Below, piece after piece: positions 8,938-20,100 of a DNA stretch of 45,131 nt. The stretch covers positions 1 through 45,131 of IMG/VR virus record IMGVR_UViG_3300020131_000002; one strand, written 5' to 3'. Each line of letters opens with the position of its first letter. The stretch's first letter is position 1. Below the pieces are notes generated by a model that was not told the origin of the DNA, searched no databases, and was given only the letters and a program-made list of their open reading frames with translations. The DNA is from a virus. Lineage: Duplodnaviria > Caudoviricetes. A program made the translations under genes and the position numbers.

Positions 8938-10518
8938 ATGCCGATATTTGGAGTGAATGATTTAGGTGCCGTGGGGATTGTTAAGGACGTTCCCCCTCAT
9001 ACGCTTCCGCCCAACGCCTGGAGTGACGGGCTAAACGTGAGGTTTTACGACGAATTTGCGGCAAAAACTACGGGCTATATACAGGTATTCGGGAACCCGA
9101 CGATTGTGCCTTACGGGCTTTTCTCCGTCGCTGCAGATGATAAGTATAACTGGATTTATCCCGGGCTTGAGAAAGTGTATGTATTTGACGGGACTGCCCA
9201 CATCAACATCACTCGGCAGACGGCTTCAGTTGACGTTAACTACACGGGCAATGCCGATAACACCTGGACAGGGGGTATCCTTGGAGGTGTGCCAGTTATT
9301 AACAACGGCGTCGATGCGCCGCAAATGTGGCTGCCAGCGGAAACCGATACGAAGCTTGCGGCACTGTCAAACTGGCCGGCCAACACCACCTGCCGAGTTA
9401 TGCGAGTGTTTAAGAGTTTCCTGTTGGCGCTGGACGTGACGAAGGGGAGTACGCGCTATCCGCAGATGCTGAAGTGGTCGCACCCCGCCGATCCTTTCGC
9501 AGTGCCCAGTTCGTGGGATGAAACCGACCCGACACTCGATGCAGGGGAGTTTACCTTCAGCGATGGTTCCGGGTTTATTATGGATTGCTTGCCGCTTGGC
9601 GACAATAACATTGTCTACCGGGAGGATTCGGTTTGGGCTCAGCAATTCATCGGCGGCATTGACATCTTTAGGTTTTCAAAGCGCTTCGGAACCTTCGGGG
9701 TGCTTGGTCCAAACTGCGCGACGGAGTTTTTGACGGGGCGGCATTTAGTGCTGGCTCAGGGAGATGTTGTTGTTCACGACGGGATAAGTGCTACAAGCGT
9801 GCTGTCGAAGAAGTGGCGGAGGTGGATAAGCGCTAACGTTGCCTCCGCGTCGGTTGCAAAAAGCTTTGTTGTGACCAACCCGAACCGGGAAGAGGTTTGG
9901 ATTTGCATACCCATAGATGAGGGGACAGCTCCTAACGTTGCCATTATCTGGAACTACCGGTCAGGGGCGGTAGGGATTAAGGACTTGCCCACCGCCAGTA
10001 TGATTGCAAGTGGCATTGTCGACCCTGACGTGCAGGAGGATTGGGAGGACCCGGAGAGCTGGGCGTCCGACACAACGGCTTGGGGGGAACTACTGTATAA
10101 GAACACTGAGCGTGGTATGCTCATGGCGAGTATTGCAAATACGAAACTGTATAAGCTCGATCAGTCGAATGAAAACGACACTGCGGCGCAGTCAAGTTTC
10201 CTGCAGCGCACTGGCATAGGTATCCCCTTTAAACAGGGTATGCCCCCCGACTTTACTAGCTACAAGTTTATCCGAGGGATTTGGCCCCGCGTCGAAGGCT
10301 CCCTCGGAGGTGTGGTAAAGATTCGGGTGGGGACGCAGGATATTATCAACGGGCCGGTAACCTGGGGACCTTATCAGAATTTCATCATCGGAACGACGCA
10401 GAGGATTGACGTGCTGATGAGCGGGCGGCTGCTGGCGATAGAACTTGCCTCCGACACGGTGCTGGAATGGCGCTGGTATGGGTATGAACTGGATGTTGAA
10501 TTCGGAGGTAATTATTAA
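8938..10518 (+). CDS. Tail nozzle / tail tubular protein B (P22 gp10-like)
   Basis: 526 aa, beta-propeller-like; N-terminal GIVKD.PP..LPPNAWSDGLNVRF; located before the ejection genes. Confidence 0.75.
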   Translation: MPIFGVNDLGAVGIVKDVPPHTLPPNAWSDGLNVRFYDEFAAKTTGYIQVFGNPTIVPYGLFSVAADDKYNWIYPGLEKVYVFDGTAHINITRQTASVDVNYTGNADNTWTGGILGGVPVINNGVDAPQMWLPAETDTKLAALSNWPANTTCRVMRVFKSFLLALDVTKGSTRYPQMLKWSHPADPFAVPSSWDETDPTLDAGEFTFSDGSGFIMDCLPLGDNNIVYREDSVWAQQFIGGIDIFRFSKRFGTFGVLGPNCATEFLTGRHLVLAQGDVVVHDGISATSVLSKKWRRWISANVASASVAKSFVVTNPNREEVWICIPIDEGTAPNVAIIWNYRSGAVGIKDLPTASMIASGIVDPDVQEDWEDPESWASDTTAWGELLYKNTERGMLMASIANTKLYKLDQSNENDTAAQSSFLQRTGIGIPFKQGMPPDFTSYKFIRGIWPRVEGSLGGVVKIRVGTQDIINGPVTWGPYQNFIIGTTQRIDVLMSGRLLAIELASDTVLEWRWYGYELDVEFGGNY

Positions 10519-10760
10519 TGTATCAGCCAAACACACCTCCGGAAAATGTAAACGATCTGCAGAGGTATTTGCAGGAGGAACTTTCCCTTATCGCGGCGGC
10601 TGTGCAAACCGGCCTTTTGCGGGAGGTTGAGTTTCTCCACGTCGCCCCGACAAGACCTCGTGAGGGTATGGTGCGCGGGGCGGATGGTACTGATTGGAAC
10701 CCGGGAGGGGGAAAGGGAGTATATGTCTATTACAGCTCAACCTGGAACAAACTCGGATAA
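10518..10760 (+). CDS. Small tail protein (needle or plug-like)
   Basis: 80 aa; YLQEEL helix then P.RPREGM...ADGTDWNPGGGKGVYVY; coupled to the nozzle gene. Confidence 0.55.
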   Translation: MYQPNTPPENVNDLQRYLQEELSLIAAAVQTGLLREVEFLHVAPTRPREGMVRGADGTDWNPGGGKGVYVYYSSTWNKLG

Positions 10761-11196
10761 ATCGCTGTACGCGGGGGCCGAGTGCTTTCAAGTAGCCAAG
10801 GATACTATTGCTAGTGCCTGGCCCGACCTCGCGCCGTTCATGGAGAAGTGGGTTGGGGTGTCGGGAGGGAAGATGCTTCCTGACGACATCTACCAGCTAA
10901 TCGCCGATGGTGCTATGTATGCGCTGGTAATACATACTGAAGGGGAGATACATATTGTAGCTATTGTTGAATTTGTGCAATATCCTCAAGCGAAGACACT
11001 GCGTTTAGTGGGGTTTGCAGGTAAGAACCCCTTACTTACGTTAAAGTTTATGCCGGCTGTAGAGACCTGGGCCAGGGCAAACGGGGCCGACGAGCTAGAA
11101 ACGCTCGCCACTTTTAAGGCTGAGCCGCTGATGCGCCGTATGGGGTTTCAAGAAGCTTACGTGTTTATGCGGAAACCGCTGTACGATACACATTGA
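10723..11196 (+). CDS. GNAT-fold virion assembly protein (T7 gp13 / P22 gp14-like position)
   Basis: QYPQAKTLRLVGFAG...VETWARANGA...MRRMGF pattern; GGGAG RBS before ATG 10723. Confidence 0.65.
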   Translation: MSITAQPGTNSDKSLYAGAECFQVAKDTIASAWPDLAPFMEKWVGVSGGKMLPDDIYQLIADGAMYALVIHTEGEIHIVAIVEFVQYPQAKTLRLVGFAGKNPLLTLKFMPAVETWARANGADELETLATFKAEPLMRRMGFQEAYVFMRKPLYDTH

Positions 11197-11207
11197 AAGG
11201 ATAAGGA

Positions 11208-11582
11208 ATGAATCTCAACACAGGAAATCTTAACGGACTGCCGCAATTCCCAGCGGGCCTTGGCGGTACCGGGCCTATGAACATGTGGCAAAATGCACTG
11301 ATGCAGCAAAGAATGCGCCCCGAGAAACCCTCCGAAGCAGCGCTTCCGGTGGCATCGCGTCCAGCCCCAACAATGAGCGTTATGCCGCAGGCAGGATGGC
11401 AAGGGCCGCAGGGGGGTATGGGGCTGGCCGATATTCTGGACGGGCCACAGTTTGGTTCGGGCGGTGGAGTAGCCCCGGCTCCTGGAACGCCGCCAGTTGC
11501 TGGCTTGCCGCAGAAACCACAGCAGAACTTTGACGCCCTCGGGCAGAACCTGATGTCGCAAATTCTGGGGCCACAGCCATGA
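11208..11582 (+). CDS. Hypothetical Gly/Pro/Gln-rich protein, possible internal virion protein
   Basis: 124-aa ORF with AAGGA RBS, coupled to the next gene. Confidence 0.5.
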   Translation: MNLNTGNLNGLPQFPAGLGGTGPMNMWQNALMQQRMRPEKPSEAALPVASRPAPTMSVMPQAGWQGPQGGMGLADILDGPQFGSGGGVAPAPGTPPVAGLPQKPQQNFDALGQNLMSQILGPQP

Positions 11583-12526
11583 AAAACTTTCTTCAGGAAC
11601 CGATCTTTTTCACGCCGCCCCGGACAAAACTGAGCCGCCGCCTGTACAAGGGGGGCGGTAAGACTACTTCGACCACGCAGAACTACTCCCCTGCGGAAGC
11701 CGCGAATCGGGCGCAGGTGCAGAACACTGCAGAAGAGCTGTATAAACAAACAGCGAGTACGATTGCAAATTCCCCCTACCCTGGTGCGCAGGTTGTTCCA
11801 CTTAACCAGGATCAGTTGACGGGACAGAATCTGACGAAAACTGCCGCCAACACCATGGCTGGGCAGACAATTCCTCAGCTCACTGATGCGACGAAGTTCG
11901 GGCTTAGCGATGTGCTCGATGTAAACAGCAATCCGTACCTGCAATCCACCATCGCAGCGAGTGTCCGGCCGATCACTGAAAGCTTCACCGATGCCGGTGG
12001 GGTGATGAGTTCTATCCGGAACAACAGCATTGCGAATGGCGGGCAGGGTAACTCGAGCCGTCAAGGGATTGCTGAGGGTATTGCGGCAGGACGCTATGCT
12101 CAGGCGATTGGGGACACGGCAAGCAAGGTGGCTACGGATGGGTATGGGAAAGGGCTGGATACATTCAGCCGCATTTACGGCCTCACCCCGCAGACTATGC
12201 AAGCGATGACAATGCCAGGTTCTGCCTACAGTGCCGTTGGGCAGCAGAATCAAAACATGGCGCAGGCGCAGGAAAATTACCTGGGCGATAGCCGCAATTG
12301 GGACTTGAACAGCGGTTGGGTGCCATTGCAGAACTGGGCAAATCTCGTCTATGGAGCGGGTAGTAGCGGCAGCACAGCCAGCACCTCGGGCGGGGGCGGT
12401 TCGAGCGGCGGGGTGCAAGGGGCTATGGGGGGTGCAATGGCCGGGGCGCAGTTAGGTTCAGTAGTTCCTGGTATCGGAACCGGTATCGGAGCTATCGGCG
12501 GCGCTATTCTTGGCGGATTATTCTAG
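11579..12526 (+). CDS. DNA ejection / pilot protein
   Basis: N-terminal LYKGGGK motif followed by a Thr/Gln-rich region; C-terminal glycine-zipper hydrophobic segment (GAMAGAQLGSVVPGIGTGIGAIGGAILGGLF). Confidence 0.7.
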   Translation: MKNFLQEPIFFTPPRTKLSRRLYKGGGKTTSTTQNYSPAEAANRAQVQNTAEELYKQTASTIANSPYPGAQVVPLNQDQLTGQNLTKTAANTMAGQTIPQLTDATKFGLSDVLDVNSNPYLQSTIAASVRPITESFTDAGGVMSSIRNNSIANGGQGNSSRQGIAEGIAAGRYAQAIGDTASKVATDGYGKGLDTFSRIYGLTPQTMQAMTMPGSAYSAVGQQNQNMAQAQENYLGDSRNWDLNSGWVPLQNWANLVYGAGSSGSTASTSGGGGSSGGVQGAMGGAMAGAQLGSVVPGIGTGIGAIGGAILGGLF

Positions 12527-12535
12527 GAGAACAGT

Positions 12536-13024
12536 ATGGATTTTAATACACTTTCAGTGGCACTGCAAGACCCGAATTCTCCGCTTCGGGCGCAGCTGTT
12601 GGAAAGGCTGGCGATGAGTCCCCTCGACCCGGACGCGGCCTTTCGGCAGGCGCAACAGGAGATGCTAGGGGCACAAGCGCAAAGCCTTCCTCAGTTCGCA
12701 CCGCAAGGCCCGCAAGGGCCGGACTTTGCTGGCATCATTGACGGGGAACCGACGCATCCAGGTGGTGGTGGGTGGGTTCCTCCGGAAACGGCGACAGCGG
12801 GGGAGGCTGCGAAGCCGGAAACTGACCCGGAGAAGGAAAAGGCTGAGAAGTACAAGAAGATGCTGGAGGGGGTGGGGGCATTGGCGAAGCGTGACAGCGC
12901 GCCTTACCCCGGGGCTCCAGCAGCGGGGGGTAATAACTGGCGTGGCTTTACCGCAGCGCAGTTCCAAACCCCCGGCGTAACATCCTTGCCATCATTGGCA
13001 GCGTTACTTGAAGGGAGACAGTAA
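12536..13024 (+). CDS. Putative internal virion protein
   Basis: 162-aa ORF with AGGAG RBS in the ejection cluster. Confidence 0.55.
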   Translation: MDFNTLSVALQDPNSPLRAQLLERLAMSPLDPDAAFRQAQQEMLGAQAQSLPQFAPQGPQGPDFAGIIDGEPTHPGGGGWVPPETATAGEAAKPETDPEKEKAEKYKKMLEGVGALAKRDSAPYPGAPAAGGNNWRGFTAAQFQTPGVTSLPSLAALLEGRQ

Positions 13025-14181
13025 TGGCAGCTTTTCCACTACAGCCGGGTATGGCTGATATTTTGGATAATCCGGCAGGGAAGTTTGATGCGCCAATTCC
13101 GCAAAATCCGCAGGAAGTTGACGGGCGGAAAAAGGCCTGGCAGCATGTGCTGGACGACCCGAACGTTAAAAGCTCGATTCTGCGTATGGGGCTAAACCTG
13201 ATGCAGGGGCGGGAAGAAGGGGAAAACCTTGGGGGAGCGATTGGACGGACGGGGCTCGACGCCATGGATTTCTATGGCTTTAAGACGGAGCAAGATCGCA
13301 AGCGGGCTATTGACGAGCGGGCGCTGCAGCTGGATGAACGGCAGGGTGAAGCTTCGATTAACCGTGACCTAGCGGCGACGGAAGCCTCGAAGCAAGACAC
13401 TGCGCAGAAGAAGGTTGAGTTTACCGAGTGGGAAGCTCAGGCAAACGTTCGCAAGCAAAAGGCGGAGCAGGAAGTTAAGAACCTCATTACGCAGGGGAAG
13501 ACGTCGGAAGCACAGGCGCTTAAGGCGAGCTATGAGGCCGATGAGCTGAAGCGGTTCCAGGCATTTAAAGACGCGAATCCCGATGCTGTGAATGCTTCGT
13601 TTGAGGCGACCCTTAACCTGCCAACGGCAGAATTGGGCGCGGTTAAGGCAAGGGCAAATGCGAGCAATGCCAGCGCTGCGGCAAGTATGGAAAGCGTTAA
13701 GGATAGCCGGGAAGGGCGCACTGCAAAACCGGCCTGGATTGCGGCGATGCCGGACGATGAAGCGCAGCTGTACGCAATGGCGCATAAGGACAGCAAGACT
13801 CAGTCGCAAATTAACACGGATATTGCGCTGGGCTTGCACAAAAACATCACCTCGAAAAACGACCCTCGGTCAGCTGATGACTCGGGTTTTGAGGGAATGG
13901 CTGATTCGCTCATTACTATGTACAATGCGCTTGACCCTAAGGAGAAAAGCCGGTACAGCAGCTTTGACGATTGGGTTACGCAGACGAAACAGGCAACGGT
14001 TGGTAAGAGCCTGGGTTCGGTTCTTCGTATTGCCAATCAGAAACTGGCTACGGGGGGTGGAGCAGCACCGGCAGCGTCAACGGCCCCTCCAGCACCTCCG
14101 GCCGGTCAGCGGGTTGAAGGGCAGGTTTACCAGACCCCTCGCGGGGATATGAAATGGACTAAGGACGGATGGATTAAATAA
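13024..14181 (+). CDS. Putative internal virion (ejection) protein
   Basis: 385 aa, coiled-coil and Ala/Gln-rich; C-terminal GQVYQTPRGDMKWTKDGW mini-domain. Confidence 0.6.
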   Translation: MAAFPLQPGMADILDNPAGKFDAPIPQNPQEVDGRKKAWQHVLDDPNVKSSILRMGLNLMQGREEGENLGGAIGRTGLDAMDFYGFKTEQDRKRAIDERALQLDERQGEASINRDLAATEASKQDTAQKKVEFTEWEAQANVRKQKAEQEVKNLITQGKTSEAQALKASYEADELKRFQAFKDANPDAVNASFEATLNLPTAELGAVKARANASNASAAASMESVKDSREGRTAKPAWIAAMPDDEAQLYAMAHKDSKTQSQINTDIALGLHKNITSKNDPRSADDSGFEGMADSLITMYNALDPKEKSRYSSFDDWVTQTKQATVGKSLGSVLRIANQKLATGGGAAPAASTAPPAPPAGQRVEGQVYQTPRGDMKWTKDGWIK

Positions 14182-17100
14182 TGAAACCTTTATCGGACGC
14201 GGAAGTATTTGGCCAGTCCCCTAAACCCCTGACAGACGAAGAAGTCTTCGGAACCCAAGCACAGAAACCTCTCAGCGATGAAGAGGTTTTTGGCGCTTCG
14301 GCTCCCGACACAACCGACCTGTTTAGCGTTGAGGGCGTGAAGTCGCTTGGTACGGCAGTGGGTGGGGCCTACCGGCAGTTGCTGCAGAACTCGCAAGACC
14401 TCCTTACCCGCCCGGAAGAACTGGACGGCTTCAAGGGCTTAACCCGGGAACAGAATCAGCAAATCCGGGCCCTCACCGATCAGGGAGTTCCATTCCGAGA
14501 AGCCTATACGCAGATATATGGGGCGGCGGAAAGTGCGCGGAATACTGAAATTATGTCGCACGATACGCAGGCGGCTTTGGAGCGTAGCGCCATTCAAGGG
14601 CAAACGCAGGAAGCATTGCCGGAAAATCCGAGCGAGCCCCTTCGCCATGCGCAAAACATCACCTCGAGTTTGGCCGTTACTGCCCCGGCATTAGCTGTTG
14701 GCGCGGCTACAAGGAACCTTCCCCTGGCCCTAACTATGGCCACAGCTCCAGCCTTTCCCGCAGCCTACGGTGAAAGCCGAGATGCTGGTAGTAGTCATGA
14801 ACGTGCGGGGGTAAGTGCCGGTATTCAAACGGCTGTTGAAGGGGGGTTTGAGTTACTGCCTATGGGAGGGCTGCTGAAAGACCTGGGAGCCGATGCCTTT
14901 GGCAAGATGGTGGCGAAATACATAGTTCGGGAAACAGCGACAGAAATCCCCACGACCATTGTGCAGGATGCAATTCAACAGGCGATAGATACTCCCGACC
15001 GGCCCTTTTCGGAGTACCTTGATGAGACGCTAGCGAACACACTCGACACAGCGATTGAAGCTCCGTTTGGGGCTGCGCTTGGCGGCGGTCTTGCTGCGGG
15101 GGTATCTGCGGTTATGCCCAGAGCAAAGCCGGAACCAGCGCTCGACCCGATAGGAGAGATGGAGCTGGAAAAAGACATCGCTATGCAGAATGGAAGTTCC
15201 GCGGATGCGGAAGTACTGCAGAACATTCTGGATGATTTGAATGCTGAGGGGGATTTAAAGGGCCGGGAATTAAATCAATCAACGTCCCAAGAATTGCCTG
15301 ACCTCCCGCCCGACCGCGAAGCCCTTATCCAGCTTCCTGACCCGCTGGCCGACGAAGAACTGGCCTCGCAAGTGCAAGCAAGCCAGGTGCAGAAAGTCTT
15401 GCCTTTTGAAGAGTCGAATGACGGGACGAGCGCTGTCGGGGTTGATGAGGCATTAAGTACCGACTCCCAGATTGGCAACACGCTGAAGGTGCGGATGAAT
15501 GCGGAGGGGTATGAGCCGAATCCAAACGACGCGGTTCCTCGCAGCCAGCGCACTATCGCCTTCGGGCCTGAGGAGCAGGTCGGTCAGCCCCTCGGAAAGG
15601 TCAAGACGAAGGCGGCTACTTATGTGATTGGGCAGCCGACAGCTGACCGAAGTGAAGATGTGCTGGCAGGGTATCATGAAATCTACGAGAACCTTCGGCA
15701 GCAATTCATGCCTGACGCGACAATCGTACTGGCAAATGAAACGATGTCAACCCGGCAGGCAGTGGGGACAACGCAAAAGCTTGCAAGCGGGGAATACCTG
15801 ATTGTTCCGGCTTTTGCCCGGAAGTTTTCAGCCGTTGAAGGGGTGGGTACGCAGGACGCCGGCAGCTTTAACAAGCACACAAAGGCAAAAGCATTTTACA
15901 ACATCTTCCACGAGTTCGGCCATGCACTGACAATGCACCGATTTCTCGAGGGCGTTTCGCCGGAAGTGCAAAGTGCATTTACCCTCGAACAGCGCAACGG
16001 GATTGTTAGCGAAGAGGTTCTTGCGGGGCTAAGCCCGGAGCAAGCCAACCTCGTTCGGGAGTATAACCAATTCCGGCAGCAGATGAAAACGCAGAATGCG
16101 GCATGGTTCCAGGCGCAGTGGATGAGCCCGGCGCTTGCGGTGCAGCGGCAGTTGCTGAAGGATATGAAGGCGGAGCCTTCGATGAATGCCGAAAGCTTTG
16201 TGCGGAGGCTCGTGTCGAGGGGTAATGCGGACATCGCCGCGCTGCGAGCTCAGCTAGCCGTAGAGCGGGTGCCGGAAGCTCGTCAAGCGATAACAAAGCA
16301 AATCGACGACCTGACCTCGGCGCTGGCGAATGACTACTTAAGCTTCGACGAATTTATGGCTGAAAAGATGGCCAGGTATGCTCACGAAACCGGGCTGGGG
16401 CAGGACAGTACCCTCGGCCGCGGGGAGTACTTCAGCGGCGGAATTAAGCACGTAAAGGCGGAAGAACAGGTTCGCAGCAATTTGATGAACAGTACGCTGG
16501 AAAAGGTAAAGCAAAGCTTGCAGAAACTCTTCATTGCCCTGAAGAAGGGATTGAAGCTGCCGAGCGGGGAAACGTACCGCATTGCGGCAGGAACGAATTT
16601 TGCCGATTGGGTAGCTTCGCTCGGGAAAATGAGCCAGCTGGTTGCTCCACAAAATATGCCAGTGCAGGTAAGCGGGGAGGCTCGTCGGGCGGTGAAGGCG
16701 GCGAAAGGAAGCTTACCCCTTAACAGCAGCAGCTACATGGCGCAGAAACTCCGTCGTCACATTACGATGGGGAGTTTTAGTGTTAAGGAAAAGCAAGAGC
16801 TGTATCGCATGGTTCGCGCCAATGACCTTAACACGGCTCACCTGCGGATGGTAGATATACTGAAAACGCGCGTTAAGAAGCAGCTCGATACTGACCCTAA
16901 CTTCGGCGCCCGTACAGCGGGGGCGGAAGAAGAGCGGAAGGCAGAGGCAATCAGTGCCTGGGGCCGGTTACGCACACACAGCCCCTTCTTTAAAGCGTGG
17001 TTTGGGGAGTGGGACACCGACCCGGCAAATGCAAGTAAAGTGACTACGGCAAGCGGACACCCGCTGATATTCTTCCACGGAACGAAGGGGAATTTTGACA

Positions 17101-20100
17101 CCTTCACGCAGGGGGATTTGGGCTTCCACTTCGGTGACCTTATTGCAGCCCACGCCCGGCTCTATCGCTCGGCTCCAGAAGAAGTGCAGGCTCGCATTGC
17201 AATGGACGAATGGCGCGGCCAGAGGAATGCGCAGGGCGGGGAAACGATGCGGCCCCAGGATACCGGAATGAACATTATCCCGGTTTACCTGAATATTCGC
17301 AATCCGCTGAAAATTAGCGAGGTGGGGGAGGAAGTCATCTGGACATCCCCGACAAAGCTGGCGGAAAAGCTCTTCGCCGAAGGGGTGCTGACGAAGGCCC
17401 AGGTAAAGGCGGTAGAGGCGGCGGAGAATCGGAGTCCTGCGGGGGAAAGTCCGAGGGATTTGTTCGCCGTTATGAGGGGGATTCTGCAAAACCTCGGCTA
17501 CGATGGAATTCAGTATGAGAACAGTGTGGAGGGTGGGGCTAGTTGGGTAGCCTTCGAGCCGACGCAAATTAAAACGGCAAATGCGACCTTCGACAGCACC
17601 GACCCCCGTATCCATATGCAGGTTGACACTGATCTGACCACGGCAACGGGGCTGGAAATTGACACGCTGAGCAAGACCATTAGCAAGTATGAGAATATGG
17701 GAGTTACTTCGCGGGCACTAAACTGGCTGGCCCGGTCGCAGTACTCCCTGCTGCAACTCCAACAGCTTTCCTGGATTCACCCGGAGTTCTATTTCCTCGA
17801 GCTTCAGGCTCAGGCGTCGATGCAGTATAATGCGGCGAAGTCTCGGCTTCAGGCTATCGGCGAAAGCATTGCGAAAGACTGGCAGATGCTCGGGAAAGAG
17901 ACGGATGCGAAGCTGGCAAGGGCACTCGAGAAGGAAGTTGACGAGGGGCAGCATTGGACAGAACTGCAAAGGGATGCGACAGGGTGGAAGCATATCGTAA
18001 CGGCGGCGACGGTGGAAAAGCTGGCAGCGGCGGGCATTGATATCAACACTCGGCAGGGGAAGAAGGCTGCGGAAATTTACCTGCGGCAGAAGAACGCTCT
18101 GTTGCAGCATACAGAAGCTGCGCAGATAACTCTCGCCCGGCGGTTGGGTGTTACGGTGCAGGAACAGTCGGAATTCCTTGTCAAGCTGAACGAGCTTAAG
18201 AAGGCCTTTGCCTCGATTCGGGAAACCCCCTTCCTTCCGCGAGGGGATTATGGTGCCTGGGGGTTGGTAGTGTACGAGCAAAAGGGGCTGGAACGCACCG
18301 TCATCCATCGGCAGATGTTCGAGAATGAAAACGAAATGGTGAAGGCGAGGGAGTTTCTTGAGAAGAGCATAAAGCCTGGGCAGCATGTGCGGACGATCAG
18401 TAAGCTCCCGGACGAGAAGCGGGCGCTATTGGCCCTGCCTCGGGAGTATGTGGAAAGTGCGGCGGAGGCGTTGAGCATGACGCAGGAAGAGCGGGATACA
18501 CTATTCGACCTGCTGCATCCGGTGAAAGTGGATAGACTCCTAACCCCCTACATGAGGGCGCTGGAGAAAATCTCCGGGAGCAGTAAAGATCGGATGAGGA
18601 ACTTTGCCGACTTCATTTGGCACAACTCCACCCTGCTCGCCCGGACGGAGGCAGTGGCGGCGTTTAACAAGGCGGAGCAAAGCGCCAGGGAAATGTATGC
18701 GGAGGTTGACAAAACCCCGATGACCGCTCGCGCCCGGTTAGCACTGCTGAAAGATATTAAGCGGGCTCAGGTGTATATGCAGAAAACCAAGGACTACATG
18801 CTGGCTCCGCCGAACGAGTGGTATGCGGCTCGGAGTACGGTGGCGCTTGTGTACCTGTGGGGTGGGATAAAAACAGCGGCGTTGAACCTGACAGGTATGG
18901 TTGTGACGTGGGGGCATTTGGGCTCGAAATACGGGGAAGTAGCGGGGGATGCAGCCCTGCTCAAAGCCAACAAGCAGCTCGGACTTTTGCTGCAAGGTAA
19001 GGCTGTTGACCCGGCGGTGGAGCAAATGTACAATCGGGCAATCTCCGAGGGCTTCCTTGTGCAGAACTATGCAGCGCACCTGGGGGCAGCGGCAACGGCG
19101 GGGGTGACGAAGCGGTTGGCAAATCGAAGCCGCTGGACAGCCGACACGCATCGCGGACTGCAGTGGGTGGCGGATGCAGGTATGGCACCGTTTACCCTGA
19201 CGGAGCAATACGCCCGCCGCATCACATTCCTGTCGCTGGTGAATGCTGAGATGAATGATGCGAAGGTGCAGGGGAAAACGGTCAATCCCGAAAGCCTGTA
19301 TCAGGAAGCAGTAAAGCAAACGGACATGCTGCAAAACAGCTACACCCTGGCCAATCGCCCGGCCTTTATGCGGGGGAGCGGTGGGAAGTTGAGCGGGCTT
19401 GTGCCGCTGATAACTATCTTCTACTCGTTTGCAGTGCATCTAGCCTGGCACTCAACTGGCGGGTATCAGCTGGGGAAGAATCGGCGGATGGAAATGCTGG
19501 GAGCTCCGAAGGACAAGGGGGCGCTGACGCATACGCAACGAGTGCTGTTGGTGTTGTTGATGTTAGGTGGGTATGAGGCACTTCCATTTGCCGGAAATAT
19601 ACTCGACATCCTTGACGCCGTGTTTATGCACCTTTCCGGGAAGAGCGCTCGGCATCAGTTGCGGACGGGGATTAAGTCTGTCCCGGCGCCCGAGGGCTGG
19701 AGTTGGGTTAACGACCCTCGGTGGTGGGCTAAGGGGATGGGCGGCGATGTAGCGGGGGTGGATGTGAGTGGGAGCTTGGGTATCGGTAATCCGGTGCCAG
19801 GGACAGATATGTTCAACGCCCACCCGGACAACCCTGACGAACTCGCCGGCCGAGCCCTGCTGAATCTAAGCGGGGTGACGGGGAGCCTTGCGAAAAACCT
19901 CATCCAGCTGTTCATGGATTTATCGGCAGGGAAAAGTGTTGAACGCAATATCCAGCAATTCCCTGGTTTCGTCGGCAACATTAGCTCGGGGATGAACTGG
20001 CTCGATGACGGGAAGATCGAGGGGAGAAGCGGGGAGACTGTGTACGAGCCGAACCCTCAGGAAGCTGCGGCGAAGCTGGCCGGGTTTACCCCGAGCGGGC

